Sequence record: PQ303785.1
Origin: Escherichia phage LYE-01
Strand: one strand, 5' to 3'
DNA: 64,000 bases
In this document: positions 42,005-60,360 of the stretch, in pieces
Layout of the letters: each line of letters starts with the position of its first letter
Numbering within the stretch: position 1 is the first letter of the stretch
Position numbers and translations under genes: made by a program
Notes under the pieces: model-generated
What the model saw: the letters and a program-made list of their open reading frames with translations, nothing else
Database searches by the model: none
Told to the model about the DNA's origin: nothing

Positions 42005-42814
42005 TTAGAAACGAGATGCGACTTTCGCATATACACTTACAATATCTTCTGCACCAGGTGCAGCTTTATCTTCTACAGCTTCAGTGACGAAATTCAGTCC
42101 GGCTGCTTCAGTATCAGGAGTATTTATACCCTCAGTAATAGTGCTTTCATCTTTATTAGACTTCTTCACCATTTCTACGATGGCACTCAATTTATTTGAG
42201 AATTCATCTGAATAATCCATACCTTCGACCAGAGCAGAGACTTTTTCTTTTTGAGACTCAGTCAGATCTTTAGTACTTTCGCTCAATGCCACTTCACGCT
42301 GCACATAATTGATATATGCGTCGCGCATATTGAGTTCTTCGAACAGACGAGCTGATTCTTCTTTATGTTCTTGCAGCTCTTCTTCCATTTCAGCCACAAC
42401 ATCAACTGATTCTTCTGGAACAACAACGTTGTGTTCAACAAAGAGCTCTTTTAATCCACCAAGCATGGATTCAAACAGTTCGGCTTTGATGCCTTTATCA
42501 ACTGCTAATTTATTTTCAGCGAGCCATTCTTTCGCAAGATGGTCGATGAATTTAGAAGCTTGCTCAGCGATTTTCTTCTCAGCTTTTTCTTCGGCTTCTT
42601 CTTTATTTTTTTCTACTTCTTCTTCTGCTTTTTCAGCAATTTTAGCGATATGAGATTCAGCTAATTTAACGGCGTGCTGCTTGACGGTAGCTTCGAATAC
42701 AGTGCCGAAAGTTTCTTTTGCTTCCGGAGAAATATTAACTGATTCGAAAATACTATCAAGAGCAACGGAAGCATCAATTTTTTGCGCTTCAGCAATCAGT
42801 TGTTCTTTAAGCAT
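42005..42814 (-). CDS. 22: prohead scaffold core protein gp22
   Basis: 269 aa, highly charged coiled-coil. Confidence 0.9.
   Translation of the reverse strand: MLKEQLIAEAQKIDASVALDSIFESVNISPEAKETFGTVFEATVKQHAVKLAESHIAKIAEKAEEEVEKNKEEAEEKAEKKIAEQASKFIDHLAKEWLAENKLAVDKGIKAELFESMLGGLKELFVEHNVVVPEESVDVVAEMEEELQEHKEESARLFEELNMRDAYINYVQREVALSESTKDLTESQKEKVSALVEGMDYSDEFSNKLSAIVEMVKKSNKDESTITEGINTPDTEAAGLNFVTEAVEDKAAPGAEDIVSVYAKVASRF
42121..42128 (-). promoter_or_regulatory. late promoter motif inside gene 22 3' end (candidate gene 23 promoter)
   Basis: TATTTATA on + strand, about 135 nt upstream of the gp23 ATG. Confidence 0.35.
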
Positions 42815-42844
42815 TTTGTAGTCCTGTTGTTTAGATAATAATAT

Positions 42845-43483
42845 TTATAACGCTTTTTTCATGGCCTCTGCGAGAGCCATATAGGCGTCATCGGCACTTG
42901 TATCGGCTTCCGCCGTCTGTGATTCGGTAATTTCCTTAGGAGTTACCCATGCATCTGGAGCACTTGGACCCCATACTGCATCAACACCTACAGTTAATTT
43001 GAATCCTTCGTTTACGATACGATAACCTTTATTTGTGTCAGTCAATGAACCTAATCCACGAGAAGAAACTCCTGGAATCCATCCGGCACGAATATTAGCT
43101 GCTAATTTATCTCCAGGACCGTGGTCACCTTCAATAACACGAGCTCGTCCGTATACGTCATTTCCTTTCCACCACATATCTTCTATAATGATAGCGGCTT
43201 GCATCGGGTCAACATTAGCGCGTGGAGGATGATTTAATTCTCCGAGAGCTTGTTTAGTTAAAACTTGCTCATTAATATAGTCTTTTACCGCTTTTTCTAA
43301 TATGCGTTTTGGATAAAGACGTTTATTTCTATTGACGACTTCTGCTTGCATGAATATTCCTTCGATGTATAAACCCGGTTTTAAACCTAAGTCTTTTCCA
43401 TCGTGGGATTCAAGCATTGGCACACCATCAATAATTTCGCCAGGTTGACCCCAAGTTTCAATTAGTAATTGGGGTTCATTCAT
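42845..43483 (-). CDS. 21: prohead protease gp21
   Basis: 212 aa, size and synteny. Confidence 0.9.
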   Translation of the reverse strand: MNEPQLLIETWGQPGEIIDGVPMLESHDGKDLGLKPGLYIEGIFMQAEVVNRNKRLYPKRILEKAVKDYINEQVLTKQALGELNHPPRANVDPMQAAIIIEDMWWKGNDVYGRARVIEGDHGPGDKLAANIRAGWIPGVSSRGLGSLTDTNKGYRIVNEGFKLTVGVDAVWGPSAPDAWVTPKEITESQTAEADTSADDAYMALAEAMKKAL

Positions 43484-43908
43484 TAGCTTAATCCTAATGC
43501 TTTACGGCGTTTAAGAGCTTTTTTACGCTTACGCTGAGCACGAGATTGACCTGCTGGATTGGCAATCTTCGTTTTGGTAGCTTTGCGAGCAATTTGTCTA
43601 CGTTTTGCTTTAGACAGCCCAGTGGTTTGAAATGCATTACGTTCGCGTGTTTTGCGGTCTTTAGTACGTGTAATTTCACCACGAGCTGAAACGTGCTTAA
43701 CAATGAATTCATTTAACGGCATATTTTCATTAATAGAAGCTAATGCAACTGCTAAATCAGTTTCATCATCAAGCATATTCTCGACAATTGTATTTATATC
43801 GTCTTTATTTAAAGCAGAAGACAATTCGTCAAAGCGACCCTGTGCTTCAGGAATAAGTGCTTCGACATTCTCGAGAACTAATTCATGAGTTTCAGGGATC
43901 AGAAGCAT
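43483..43908 (-). CDS. 68: prohead core protein gp68
   Basis: 141 aa, size and synteny. Confidence 0.8.
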
Positions 43909-44110
43909 TATTCATCATCCTCGTCTTCGTCATCACCATCTTCGTCATCCTCGTCGTCTTCAGGTTCTTCACCTTCGATTAAGAAATTACGAGCGATAGC
44001 GATTTTTTCTTCTTTAATTAAATCAATCGTTCTTGCAGCCATGGCTTCAGCAAATAATTTACGAGCGGCTACGAGGTCGTTTGATTTAATAGCTTCAATT
44101 AAACCTTCCA

Positions 44111-44111
<1 letters not shown>
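43908..44111 (-). CDS. 67: prohead core protein gp67
   Basis: 67 aa with acidic D/E tail. Confidence 0.8.
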
Positions 44112-45736
<1,625 letters not shown>

Positions 45737-45768
45737 TTAAGCAGGATGGGGATTTCTCCCCATTCATT

Positions 45769-46260
45769 TTATTCCCAATAATCGAGAGCAAGAGTTACTT
45801 CAAAGGTTTGGATTTCATTGTTTGAATCCCAATCTAACTGAAGTTCACCCACGTTAGTAGGCCACAGGCCTTTAATTTCGACTTCTTTTGTTACAGTTTT
45901 AGCGTCACGAGCATATTGGCGTACAATAGCACTCTTTTTATACTCTGCTGGTTTTCCACCAGTAATTTCGTTTCCTTGCCCAGCAGCAATGCTTTGCCAG
46001 TCAACAAACTTCTGACGTGCATCATGCGCCTCATCATTCATTACTGTAATAGTCCAGTCATCGAATGTACGATCGCCTGCTACGTTAATTTTACGGTTCA
46101 TAAATCCGACTGGAATTTTTTCTACAATACCAGCTGGTAAAGCAGTGGCTTTACACTGAAACGTAAAATTTTGTCCAAGATAAGAAATTTCTACTTGGAA
46201 TAAGTTAGGTCGAGCAAAATCACCAGATTCAAACGCTCGTGTTACATCATCTACAAACAT
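45769..46260 (-). CDS. 19: tail tube protein gp19
   Basis: 163 aa, size and synteny. Confidence 0.95.
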   Translation of the reverse strand: MFVDDVTRAFESGDFARPNLFQVEISYLGQNFTFQCKATALPAGIVEKIPVGFMNRKINVAGDRTFDDWTITVMNDEAHDARQKFVDWQSIAAGQGNEITGGKPAEYKKSAIVRQYARDAKTVTKEVEIKGLWPTNVGELQLDWDSNNEIQTFEVTLALDYWE

Positions 46261-46274
46261 ATTAGCCTCTGTAG

Positions 46275-46282
46275 TATTTATA
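46275..46282 (-). promoter_or_regulatory. late promoter for gene 19
   Basis: TATTTATA on + strand, 15 nt upstream of the gp19 start. Confidence 0.4.
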
Positions 46283-46333
46283 TCCCTATGTTTAACCTAG
46301 GGCATATAGAATTAAAGAATTAAGGATATAGTG

Positions 46334-46341
46334 TATTTATA
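46334..46341 (-). promoter_or_regulatory. second late promoter motif just downstream of the HNH gene
   Basis: TATTTATA on + strand next to GGCCTG..CAGGCC hairpin. Confidence 0.35.
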
Positions 46342-46367
46342 TGGCCTGCCGAAACAGGCCTTTAGAA

Positions 46368-46985
46368 TCATTCTAGCAAATCCCAAAGATCTACACTATT
46401 TCTTTTTGACTTTTCTCGGTTAGATTCCCAAGTGATTATTTCTAAATTATTAATACCGCCAATTATTTTAGCAGGAATTAAATTATCAAAACCGTATTTG
46501 ATAGATACCTTATGATCAAGTTGGTAAGCACCTTCTTTACCACACACTCCTATCTTATCAGCATTCGGCCATTTTGACCAAATTTTCTTATGCTTACGAG
46601 TTTCTCTATATACCGATGAAATATATTCACGCATTTCAGATTTATTTGGGTTCCATCTTGGATGATTTACGCCATGCATACATTCTACGGTTTTTCCTTT
46701 ATTCGCTGAACCATATGAATTATTATGCATTTTATCTTTATGACGGCAATCACAACAAATATCAGTGTTTCTTCCAATGCGTTGATTATATTCAATTCCA
46801 CATTTATCGCAACGACATTTTACATACGCGGTACTACCTTTAATGTCTTCAACTTTAACATCAATTTCATAATACTTAAATCCGTGTTTAACCGCTCCAA
46901 GAGGTGTTAATTTATATCCCTTTGACTGATAATGTTTAAAATTTGATGGTACAATTTTTACTTTAATGAATTTAGAAATAATCAC
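46368..46985 (-). CDS. HNH homing endonuclease-like protein, 205 aa
   Basis: GTG start with GAGGA RBS; Cys-rich zinc-finger-like segment (CRCDKCG...CCDCRH) and HNH motif (LDHKVS...NNLEIITWESNREK). Confidence 0.75.
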   Translation of the reverse strand: MIISKFIKVKIVPSNFKHYQSKGYKLTPLGAVKHGFKYYEIDVKVEDIKGSTAYVKCRCDKCGIEYNQRIGRNTDICCDCRHKDKMHNNSYGSANKGKTVECMHGVNHPRWNPNKSEMREYISSVYRETRKHKKIWSKWPNADKIGVCGKEGAYQLDHKVSIKYGFDNLIPAKIIGGINNLEIITWESNREKSKRNSVDLWDLLE

Positions 46986-47023
46986 TTGATTCCTCGAGAA
47001 CAGGGGCCGAAGCCCCTTATCAA

Positions 47024-49003
47024 TTAACCTGCAAGACCAGTTAACTCATCGAAATCTGCACCAGTAGCAGTTGCGACGAAATTCAAAGTAATATAATTTA
47101 TACTGCGCGCCGGTTGGATGTAGAATGTTGCAACAAACTCATTTCTATCAATTACTGACGGAGTGTTATTTGTTGTATCGCAAACTACACGATATTCATA
47201 AATTCCACCGAGAGCTTTAATTCCCTGTAAGTATTGGGCAGTTTCTGTGCGGAATGATGAACGAGTAAACGCGTTGTTTAATTCGAACAAACGATATTTT
47301 GAACTACGTCCGATATTCGTTTTCAACATATTAAACAGACGACGAACGTTAATACGATCAAATGGAGAAGGAACAGAAGTAGCTGTTTTATCACCATATA
47401 ATACGTAACCATCACCACCTGTACCAGTTACTGGGTTGATAGCTTCTTGATATAAACGGTCGCGCTGAGCTTGGCGAGTTTCAATAGCAAGTTTAATAAC
47501 GTTAAGAATCTGGCCGCGATTATAACCAGCTGGAGACATCCAAGTCTGAGAAACGTTATCGGTTCTTGCACATAAACCGGCAATATCAGCTGCTAATGGA
47601 ACCCAGCGATTGACATCATTATATTTGTCATACTGATATTTGTAGTTACCATCAATTGCTGCGTAGGTTGAACTGATATTAAAGTTATTATCAGTGTATG
47701 AACCTGTTGCGGTTCTCCAATTGACTAAGTTATCGACAGCACGAGTTACAGGAATTCCAACTACAGTTTCACGCGGTGGTGAGCACAATACTAAGCAATC
47801 CTGGCGAGCATCCCCAATTGAAACAACGTGTTTTTGGACAGTAGATGCTGTTTCCAAAGATTCACCGGCGCAAGAACCAGCAATAAACAGCTGAACGTCA
47901 ACAGATTCACGGTCAGCAAAGAAGTCCCAGGCTTCCATTAAATCTCCTGCTGTTACTTCAGCATTTGATGATAATCCACCAGACAGAGTTAAAATTCCAG
48001 AGAATCCTTCTGGCCAGTTTTGTGCAGTTGCGAAAATATATTCTGAACCACCTTTTGCGAAAAAGTCATCAATGTAGATGTTACTATCGTAAATATCTTT
48101 TTCACCACGCTTTGTTGAAAGAACAATACTTTGAACAATAGCATCATTGCGACGAACTATAATAGCGTATTGTGAATCAGTTTGTGGTCCATATCCAAAC
48201 ACCGCTTTGGCAGTAGATGCACGTGTTCCGCCACCTGGATAAATTGGGAGTAATGCAGAAGCACCTTTTGCGTAGTCAGCTTTAGATACGATTTCAATTT
48301 CGATTTTATCGCCCAACTCGCCTGGGTAAAGAGCTACTACTCCTGGAATTCCATATTTTTCGAGATTTGCTTGAAAGTCAACAGCTGTCATAGCAGCTTC
48401 AGCATTTTCAATTTCAGCTAATAAAATACCAGAATCAGTAATAATTTTTCCAAGAGTTATTACTGCAGCTAAACCAGAGGAAGACGAAGAAATTTCCGCG
48501 GTCCAGTTAGAACCTAATGCTGGATATTCACCGACTTCTTTCGCTTTAGCGATAATTTTTGCGGTAGGAATATTAATTTTCTTAATTTTTCCATCAGCAT
48601 CTACTTCGGTAATTTTACCTTCCGTTTCAATGTCTTCTGAAACATACTTAACTGTGATTTTATCTCCAACCGCGTAGTTACTACCTGGGGTAGAAATAGT
48701 GTATTCAATATTACCAGCAATCGGAGATGAGTTTTTAGCGGTATCTCTATCGACAGCACGCACAACTCGCAAATCATTTCCATATTGTAAGAAATTCATT
48801 GCAGACATAAAATAGTCAGCAGTTTCAGCTGTAGGTTGACCAAAAGTATTAACTAAATCTACTTCATTTGTAACCTGTTTGATCTGAAAAGCAGGACCCC
48901 ACTGGAATTTACCGGCCAAAGCTGCTGTACCAGTAGAGTTATTAACCACGGTGCTTTGAACCGTAGTTTCTTTGAGCTCAATGCCCGGAGATAATAAAGT
49001 CAT
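47024..49003 (-). CDS. 18: tail sheath protein gp18
   Basis: 659 aa, size and synteny. Confidence 0.95.
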   Translation of the reverse strand: MTLLSPGIELKETTVQSTVVNNSTGTAALAGKFQWGPAFQIKQVTNEVDLVNTFGQPTAETADYFMSAMNFLQYGNDLRVVRAVDRDTAKNSSPIAGNIEYTISTPGSNYAVGDKITVKYVSEDIETEGKITEVDADGKIKKINIPTAKIIAKAKEVGEYPALGSNWTAEISSSSSGLAAVITLGKIITDSGILLAEIENAEAAMTAVDFQANLEKYGIPGVVALYPGELGDKIEIEIVSKADYAKGASALLPIYPGGGTRASTAKAVFGYGPQTDSQYAIIVRRNDAIVQSIVLSTKRGEKDIYDSNIYIDDFFAKGGSEYIFATAQNWPEGFSGILTLSGGLSSNAEVTAGDLMEAWDFFADRESVDVQLFIAGSCAGESLETASTVQKHVVSIGDARQDCLVLCSPPRETVVGIPVTRAVDNLVNWRTATGSYTDNNFNISSTYAAIDGNYKYQYDKYNDVNRWVPLAADIAGLCARTDNVSQTWMSPAGYNRGQILNVIKLAIETRQAQRDRLYQEAINPVTGTGGDGYVLYGDKTATSVPSPFDRINVRRLFNMLKTNIGRSSKYRLFELNNAFTRSSFRTETAQYLQGIKALGGIYEYRVVCDTTNNTPSVIDRNEFVATFYIQPARSINYITLNFVATATGADFDELTGLAG

Positions 49004-49031
49004 TTTTAATCCTCTTTAATATGCTTTAATA

Positions 49032-52172
<3,141 letters not shown>

Positions 52173-52213
52173 GATTTCTCCTAATCTGGGCTTTAATTAG
52201 TTTATAATATTTA

Positions 52214-53915
<1,702 letters not shown>

Positions 53916-53946
53916 TTAAAATCCTTTGGGGCCTTGCGGCCCCATG

Positions 53947-55404
53947 TTATGCTGGTGATAAAAAGGTAGAAAGTAGTACCCATTCGCCGTCTTTACGAAC
54001 GTAAGCTTGGCCATCTTTTGGAGCTTCAGGGATATAACCTGCTTCCTGTAAAGTCTGAACATCCCCCTGTAATGAAGATACATTACTTTTAATACTACGC
54101 ATTTCTTGATTAATAGAAGAAATGTTAGTTTCATTAGCTTTTATTGAATTAGTTAATCCGCGCTCTTCTACCGTTGAACCATTTGGATTTGTGCCGCTTA
54201 CTAGTTTATTTAGTGCAACAACTTGGCCTTTAATTCCAGTAGTGTTATTACCAATTTCAACTTGTAAGTTTTGAACATCATTGTTCAGTCTATTAACTGA
54301 AGTTTCAACAGTTGAAACCCTATTTAAAAGAGACCCAGGAGGAGAAGGCTGACCTCCACTAGAATCAGTTCCAACGATTTGGTTTAGCCATGAAACGTTT
54401 GCTCGTAGTCCAGATGAAGTGTTTTCACCAACAATTCCATTTAAAAACTCAATTGATGTGGTATTATCTTTAATTTGACCCTTAATACTAGAAGGAATAT
54501 CATCTGAGCCAATTGACGTTTCAATGACAGTCAATCGTTGTTTAATACCTCCGCTTTTATTTAGTTCATCATTTAAAGCTGAAACTTCTCGTGTATTAGT
54601 GTTAACATCTGTGATTATTGAAGTATTTCCTGGATATCCAATAGAAGTTTTGATAGATTTAATTTCGGAACTAAGATTAATCTGAGATTGATCTAAATTA
54701 TGCACACGTGAATATATGCTTTCACTGAATGAAGATGGTCTTTGTCCAAGTTCTTGTCTAAGATTTCCGACTTCAATTGTCAGTGAACCTACATCAGATT
54801 CAATAAATTTTTCTTCCAAATCACTTAGACGTATTCCTTGGGAAGTTATAGCATCTGTATTATTAATGATACGGTGCTTCATCCCCGTGCTGCTATTTCC
54901 TACAACAGGAAGACCATTAATGTCTTGCCCAGCATATTGTCCTAATTCTCTTTTAATCCATAACAAATCATTTCTAATCGTTCTATAAACTGAATTTGCT
55001 TGCGAATTAAATGGACCAATATCAGAAAGAATATTATCAACCGTGGTATTTGTACCATTTAATATATCAGTGTGTTCATTCGTGAGTGTCTTTAAATTTG
55101 ATATATCATTTTTATTAATGCTGATCTGTGATAGCGCTTCTATATCTCCTGATACATCTAAAATGCCTTGAATGGTTTTAATATCTTCCTGAGATGTTTC
55201 AATGGCAGTTTTAAGAATTCCTACATTTTCATCGAGAACCTCGACATTTTTAAACACGGAAACAGTTGGTCTATTCATTGACCCATCGCTTCCATACTTA
55301 GTACTAGCTCCTAGTATTTCTTCACCGTTTTTAATCCATGAAATACGTTCCTGGCCTTCGCCAGGAACGCTATCAACAAAAGGTAACTCTTTTAATTCAA
55401 TCAT
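53947..55404 (-). CDS. wac: fibritin (whiskers)
   Basis: 485 aa, segmented coiled-coil repeats, C-terminal foldon-like end ([27 protein letters not shown]). Confidence 0.9.
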   Translation of the reverse strand: MIELKELPFVDSVPGEGQERISWIKNGEEILGASTKYGSDGSMNRPTVSVFKNVEVLDENVGILKTAIETSQEDIKTIQGILDVSGDIEALSQISINKNDISNLKTLTNEHTDILNGTNTTVDNILSDIGPFNSQANSVYRTIRNDLLWIKRELGQYAGQDINGLPVVGNSSTGMKHRIINNTDAITSQGIRLSDLEEKFIESDVGSLTIEVGNLRQELGQRPSSFSESIYSRVHNLDQSQINLSSEIKSIKTSIGYPGNTSIITDVNTNTREVSALNDELNKSGGIKQRLTVIETSIGSDDIPSSIKGQIKDNTTSIEFLNGIVGENTSSGLRANVSWLNQIVGTDSSGGQPSPPGSLLNRVSTVETSVNRLNNDVQNLQVEIGNNTTGIKGQVVALNKLVSGTNPNGSTVEERGLTNSIKANETNISSINQEMRSIKSNVSSLQGDVQTLQEAGYIPEAPKDGQAYVRKDGEWVLLSTFLSPA

Positions 55405-55413
55405 TTGTAATCC

Positions 55414-56970
55414 TTAGTAATGAATTTTAATAATATAGTTTAATGATATATTCCATGGTCTAGTTTCATAACCAATTAATCCTTCACGGTTTAACGTGCC
55501 AAACGAGTCACGAGCACCACCCATTTCAAATCCGTCGTTAGTAAAGAACAAATGGTTGTCCCAGTCGGCGCTTCTACCATTGCCTAAATATCCATTGCCA
55601 TTAGACGCGCCAAACGGTGCATAACCTCTGTTATTTCCATTTTCCCCCCAGGCACCAACATGTTTATGGTATGACATTTGTTGTGCCTGAACACCACCAA
55701 CATGCATTCCGTCACATCCTACACCAAGTCTATCCTTCCCGTAACCATCTTGTCCTCGTTGATTTAAAATATGACCTCCTGTGCCAGCTCCTCTGACGAA
55801 AAGACCTCGCATATCAGGAATGCCAGGGTTATTCCAATCACCACCAAATCTTGTTCCAACTGTGTTTCTATAATCAGGATATTGATCTCCTGACACGGTT
55901 CCGCCGTGGCACATAACCCAACCCGGAGGTGCTGAATCACCCGCAAACATCATAATAGTTCCAACTGGAACCCTTTCGGACGCATATCTTTCAGTGGCAA
56001 CAGGTTGATCGCCATTTTTCCACATACCGCCGCGTGACCAAATTCCATTTGCTGTAAGATGGTCTAAATTTAAAGAACCATTAATAGTTTGTCCACCACG
56101 AGTATTAATTACATCTGCGTTCCATGCTAATGCTCCAGAGCTATCACCTTCAGGGGCAATACCGGCTTGCGTCGTTAATTTAACTACTCCACGCATAGAA
56201 CCAGTAGCTCCTCGACCATTTAGTGTTTCGCCCGTTACTGCAACATCTCCCAAATTACTGTTAATTTCTGATTGTGTTCCTAAACGTATAACACCCTTAT
56301 ATTCTTGTGTTGCAACAGAATTCATAAAGGTATACGGAGAAATTGCATATCCTTCGCGGAGAGTTCCTTGACGAGTTTGCGCAACAGTAGATAATTGAAC
56401 TACACCTCTCACAGATTCTGATGCAGTATCTTCAGAAGGAGCTATTTGTGAAATTAATTTTATTGCAAGTTTTTGTGTTTTTAATGGAGTCATTGCCGTA
56501 GTATCATCTACTCCAGCTAAAGCTGCAGGTGTAGATGATATTTTAATAACCCCGTTTGATGACTCAGACGAATATCTATTTTGGAACACATCGTCAGTAT
56601 GGTATTTCAGTTTTTGCGGCGTTATTGATGAATTATTATCTGAACCTTCTAATGTTTCTTCATTTGTTGAATAACGCGTTAAACCATATTTAGTTTCAGT
56701 AGCATTTGGATACAATAATCTTGTTGCTAATGTAGCTGGCGTAACGATTTTAGAATTATTAGTTCCATCTAAAACCTCTTGCTCTGACGCAATCATTGCT
56801 ATTCCTTTAACTTCCATAGTTGCATCAGGAATACCGTTTACGCCGATATTACTTATTTTTGATAATGCAGACTGCACTGTCGTGACAGTGTCAGGAAAAT
56901 TCGATCCTACTGGATCGAATTTAACATATTTTGATTCATTTGATACGTGCTGATATGTATTGTTACTCAT
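55414..56970 (-). CDS. 12: short tail fiber gp12
   Basis: 518 aa, size and synteny. Confidence 0.85.
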   Translation of the reverse strand: MSNNTYQHVSNESKYVKFDPVGSNFPDTVTTVQSALSKISNIGVNGIPDATMEVKGIAMIASEQEVLDGTNNSKIVTPATLATRLLYPNATETKYGLTRYSTNEETLEGSDNNSSITPQKLKYHTDDVFQNRYSSESSNGVIKISSTPAALAGVDDTTAMTPLKTQKLAIKLISQIAPSEDTASESVRGVVQLSTVAQTRQGTLREGYAISPYTFMNSVATQEYKGVIRLGTQSEINSNLGDVAVTGETLNGRGATGSMRGVVKLTTQAGIAPEGDSSGALAWNADVINTRGGQTINGSLNLDHLTANGIWSRGGMWKNGDQPVATERYASERVPVGTIMMFAGDSAPPGWVMCHGGTVSGDQYPDYRNTVGTRFGGDWNNPGIPDMRGLFVRGAGTGGHILNQRGQDGYGKDRLGVGCDGMHVGGVQAQQMSYHKHVGAWGENGNNRGYAPFGASNGNGYLGNGRSADWDNHLFFTNDGFEMGGARDSFGTLNREGLIGYETRPWNISLNYIIKIHY

Positions 56971-57626
56971 GCTATTCTCTCAAAATAATAAAATACCGTA
57001 GGTTGTGTGTGACTATCTAGCGTGACAGTTTGCGCACCTAATAATTGCCAAGTTCCGTATCCAGGTTTAGAAGGAGAAATTATTTCTTGTTTGAAAGTAA
57101 TTCCTTTATCAGAGTATTGTTCTAAGATATGTTCTTGGTTATCTAAATACTTAACTTGTATTTTATTTCCTATGGTAGGATGGTCTTCAAATGAATCAAT
57201 TGCAATAAATTTTGCAACCATTTCCTGCAGAGCTGTTCTAACGGCACTGGTAAATTCGATTGAAGTCATTCCGTTAGTAGCTTTAACAGGAATGCCAAAC
57301 ATGTTAACAATAACTGGGTCACCTGGTTTGGCTGAAGTATCATTGACAGTTCCTTCAAATGACCAATAGTCTGTTTGCTGCACGCCAGTAGGAGATACGC
57401 CGCTTATATTAACTAATACAGCTCCAACTTGTTGCTCTGCCATATTTCTAACATCATTGATAGCAGATTCTACATTTGGGTCATAAAAACCTTTTGCTAT
57501 TTGTGAAATTGTTACAGCGCCTACTGGCTGATTATTCATAACCGAAATATCATTTTTCTTAGTTCTAAAACCAAGAAAATCTGCTAAGCGGGAAATAACT
57601 CCCGCTTTATTATTAAGTAAACTCAT
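56967..57626 (-). CDS. 11: baseplate wedge / STF attachment protein gp11
   Basis: 219 aa from ATG at 57626 ([20 protein letters not shown]...); the TTG at 57644 is rejected. Confidence 0.85.
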   Translation of the reverse strand: MSLLNNKAGVISRLADFLGFRTKKNDISVMNNQPVGAVTISQIAKGFYDPNVESAINDVRNMAEQQVGAVLVNISGVSPTGVQQTDYWSFEGTVNDTSAKPGDPVIVNMFGIPVKATNGMTSIEFTSAVRTALQEMVAKFIAIDSFEDHPTIGNKIQVKYLDNQEHILEQYSDKGITFKQEIISPSKPGYGTWQLLGAQTVTLDSHTQPTVFYYFERIA

Positions 57627-59431
57627 TATGCAATCCTTATCCAACGGTATACAGTAATAGACGGTTGAATATTACTAATATTAGCAGGAGGAGTATGTGA
57701 AGAGTTTGTTGTTGCGTAGTCTTCACGGTATTTTGTATATATAGGACCAGTTTCATCTGGGTCATATTGGCAACCTCCAATAATAACTGATCCGTTTTCG
57801 TCTTCAATTAAAACTCTTTCATCGGTTTTAGTCGCAGGAAGATTTGCATTCTCAAGTGTTACTGATGTTGTTCCAACTGTTCCACCGGCAGTATGTGAAG
57901 GATTTCCGCTAGAATCTAAATCATTATTGTTTAAAGCAAAGTTTGGATCCGTAACATCATCATTCCATCCTACTAAAACTTGTCCTTTACCAAATAATTT
58001 CCATGAACCAAATCCCATATAAGTCACCGGATTATTTGGATTTATAGCATTTTCATAAATTGAACCAACAGGATAAATGCTGTCGAAAATAGATGATATT
58101 GAATTATACATTCTAGTATAAGAATCAACTTTTTCAACATTTGGCCAACCGATTTTATCAAAATCTGTTAAGGCTACATCACCAGTAACTTCGGTAGATG
58201 ATCCTTTGCTAACATAACGGTCATCCGTTAATTCAATAATGTCATCTTTTTCTAAAAGAGTTCCTAAATCATTATTGAACCACGTTATAACGATTATATC
58301 ACCTGATTCAAATTTTCTATCAAATAAAAGACTGGTAGGTTTTCCATCTTCATATTCTATAGAATAATCTGTGTTTGATTCTTTCCATTCACCACCAAGA
58401 GATATACAACCTTCTCGCGTATCTGAACTAGCGCCTTCACACAAAAACAGAGGATATCCAGCGGTTCCAGCCTGCTGCTGTAAAATTCCATTAAAACGAA
58501 CCTCAAGAGAATTAGGATTAATGGGTTCACCAGGAATTAATCCAAATGCAGAAAATGGAATTGATTTCATCGCCGATAAATCAGTAACATAAATGCTTCC
58601 TTCTAAAGAAGTCTTTGATGTTAGTTTTGAATCTAGTACTTTTATTTGGCGTCTTGTATATGAACTTCTCCATTGTGATACACCATCCATAAATGTTTCA
58701 ATTTGAACGGTGTCACCAATATTACAAGGCTGTCTTAATCGAATATTAAATCCATCAAGAGGAACTAATTCGCCTTCATTTTCGCCCGGAGAGCCAAAGT
58801 CACTATTTTCGCTAAATACATCACCGTAATACAATTCGTTACCACGATGTTTTACTCTGATGTTATTGACATTATAACTAGTTCCATTGAAAACATCTAA
58901 AAAGTCTGTTTGCCCTTGAACTTCGACTAAAAATTCTTTGCGAGCTACATTACTAATATCTGAACTAATAATTTTGTCAATTTGTTTATTTTTGACATAT
59001 TCCCAACGTCCTGGAGCGCAATAAACGAGCTCTAAATCACTAAATTGAATATTAATTTCAACTGACGATGACGACCCTTTAATTGTATCTCCGGAAGCAG
59101 CTACTAAAGTAACTGGATTGATGTTCCATGTAGCGAATACGTCTCTAGCTCTAATTACCTTGTTGTAATCATTAACAGTTCCTTTAGGAAGTTGTAGAGT
59201 TACTCTTCCAGAAGAGGTATTAATAGCGTATGATTTTCCCCATTCTGCCGTTAGTGTTTGTCCAGATGAAGCATCATAAGTTTTCCAGGCACCGGCTGAA
59301 TATGGAACATCTCCATCACCAAGTTCATAATAAAGTTCATCAAAGTTTTCATTTATTTTTATACCACCTTTACGCAGGTAGTCACCGGTACCATCATCAA
59401 CAACATTACCGATATTAATATTTTGTTTCAT
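57626..59431 (-). CDS. 10: baseplate wedge protein gp10
   Basis: 601 aa, TAATG overlap with gene 11. Confidence 0.9.
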   Translation of the reverse strand: MKQNINIGNVVDDGTGDYLRKGGIKINENFDELYYELGDGDVPYSAGAWKTYDASSGQTLTAEWGKSYAINTSSGRVTLQLPKGTVNDYNKVIRARDVFATWNINPVTLVAASGDTIKGSSSSVEINIQFSDLELVYCAPGRWEYVKNKQIDKIISSDISNVARKEFLVEVQGQTDFLDVFNGTSYNVNNIRVKHRGNELYYGDVFSENSDFGSPGENEGELVPLDGFNIRLRQPCNIGDTVQIETFMDGVSQWRSSYTRRQIKVLDSKLTSKTSLEGSIYVTDLSAMKSIPFSAFGLIPGEPINPNSLEVRFNGILQQQAGTAGYPLFLCEGASSDTREGCISLGGEWKESNTDYSIEYEDGKPTSLLFDRKFESGDIIVITWFNNDLGTLLEKDDIIELTDDRYVSKGSSTEVTGDVALTDFDKIGWPNVEKVDSYTRMYNSISSIFDSIYPVGSIYENAINPNNPVTYMGFGSWKLFGKGQVLVGWNDDVTDPNFALNNNDLDSSGNPSHTAGGTVGTTSVTLENANLPATKTDERVLIEDENGSVIIGGCQYDPDETGPIYTKYREDYATTNSSHTPPANISNIQPSITVYRWIRIA

Positions 59432-60297
59432 TATTGAGCCACCCCGATTTTCTGCGTAGCGATAACTTTAACTGCTGCTCTCATACCGACAGTTGAAGAA
59501 CTTATAGTCGCCGTTACATAATTTTCTTTAATACTAAATGCAATATTAGCGATTTCGTCTTCTTCGGTTTCATTCCCAACCCGCATGACAGCATATTCAG
59601 AAGAAATGACCGTTGAATTAACAGTATCTACAAGAATATTTATTTCTGCTGTTTTAATTTTTCTTCCATCTACCGATTGGCAAGTAACTAACAATTTAGC
59701 CATGTTATATTCAGTACGATGAAATAATGGAATGTCAACTGATCCGGATGTAGAAATATTCCATGTACCTTCAGCCGGTGATTCCTTTTGGCCAAACATA
59801 CTTTCAATAGAATAATTCCAAACTGACGTAGAATTATCAGATGAAATACAACGTAAAGTAACTTTACTATATGGGCTAGTTACTACCAAATTACCTGAAA
59901 CACCTTTAATTGAATCAATCGCTTGAATCGTTAAAGGATTGGTAACTGATATAGATCCATTTGAGTTAATAAATTCAACGCAATCACCAAGTTCGCCTCT
60001 TTCAATGATAACTTTAACACCTACAGCAGAGGTATCAATATCATGTCTAGTACCAACTTTCACCGGAGTTGCGTACTCTGTGATAGAATGCTTTTGATAA
60101 TATCCAGTAGCATGGATAATTTGGCCGTCAGCACCAGTACCATTTGCTACTGCCATTTTACGCTGATCGCCAAACGCGTTATAAATTGCATTAAAATCAC
60201 TATTAATTTTATTACCACCGTCGAATAAGATATCACCAGTAGAAGCGTTACCAATTTCGCCGGTATCAATCAATTTCTTTGGTTCTTGAATGAACAT
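59431..60297 (-). CDS. 9: baseplate wedge / long tail fiber socket gp9
   Basis: 288 aa, size and synteny. Confidence 0.9.
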   Translation of the reverse strand: MFIQEPKKLIDTGEIGNASTGDILFDGGNKINSDFNAIYNAFGDQRKMAVANGTGADGQIIHATGYYQKHSITEYATPVKVGTRHDIDTSAVGVKVIIERGELGDCVEFINSNGSISVTNPLTIQAIDSIKGVSGNLVVTSPYSKVTLRCISSDNSTSVWNYSIESMFGQKESPAEGTWNISTSGSVDIPLFHRTEYNMAKLLVTCQSVDGRKIKTAEINILVDTVNSTVISSEYAVMRVGNETEEDEIANIAFSIKENYVTATISSSTVGMRAAVKVIATQKIGVAQ

Positions 60298-60321
60298 AGC
60301 GGTTTCCTTATGAGTTTATAG

Positions 60322-60329
60322 TATTTATA
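60322..60329 (-). promoter_or_regulatory. late promoter for gene 9
   Basis: TATTTATA on + strand, 25 nt upstream of the gp9 ATG. Confidence 0.45.
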
Positions 60330-60332
60330 AAG

Positions 60333-60357
60333 AAAAAGGGAGCCCATGGGCTCCCTT
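60333..60357 (-). terminator. terminator after gene 8
   Basis: Palindrome GGGAGCCCATGGGCTCCC followed on the - strand by T5. Confidence 0.55.
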
Positions 60358-60360
60358 AAT

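Noticed and set aside
53916-54134. 72-aa - strand ORF
   Set aside because: Out-of-frame overlap with the 3' end of fibritin (wac); spurious.
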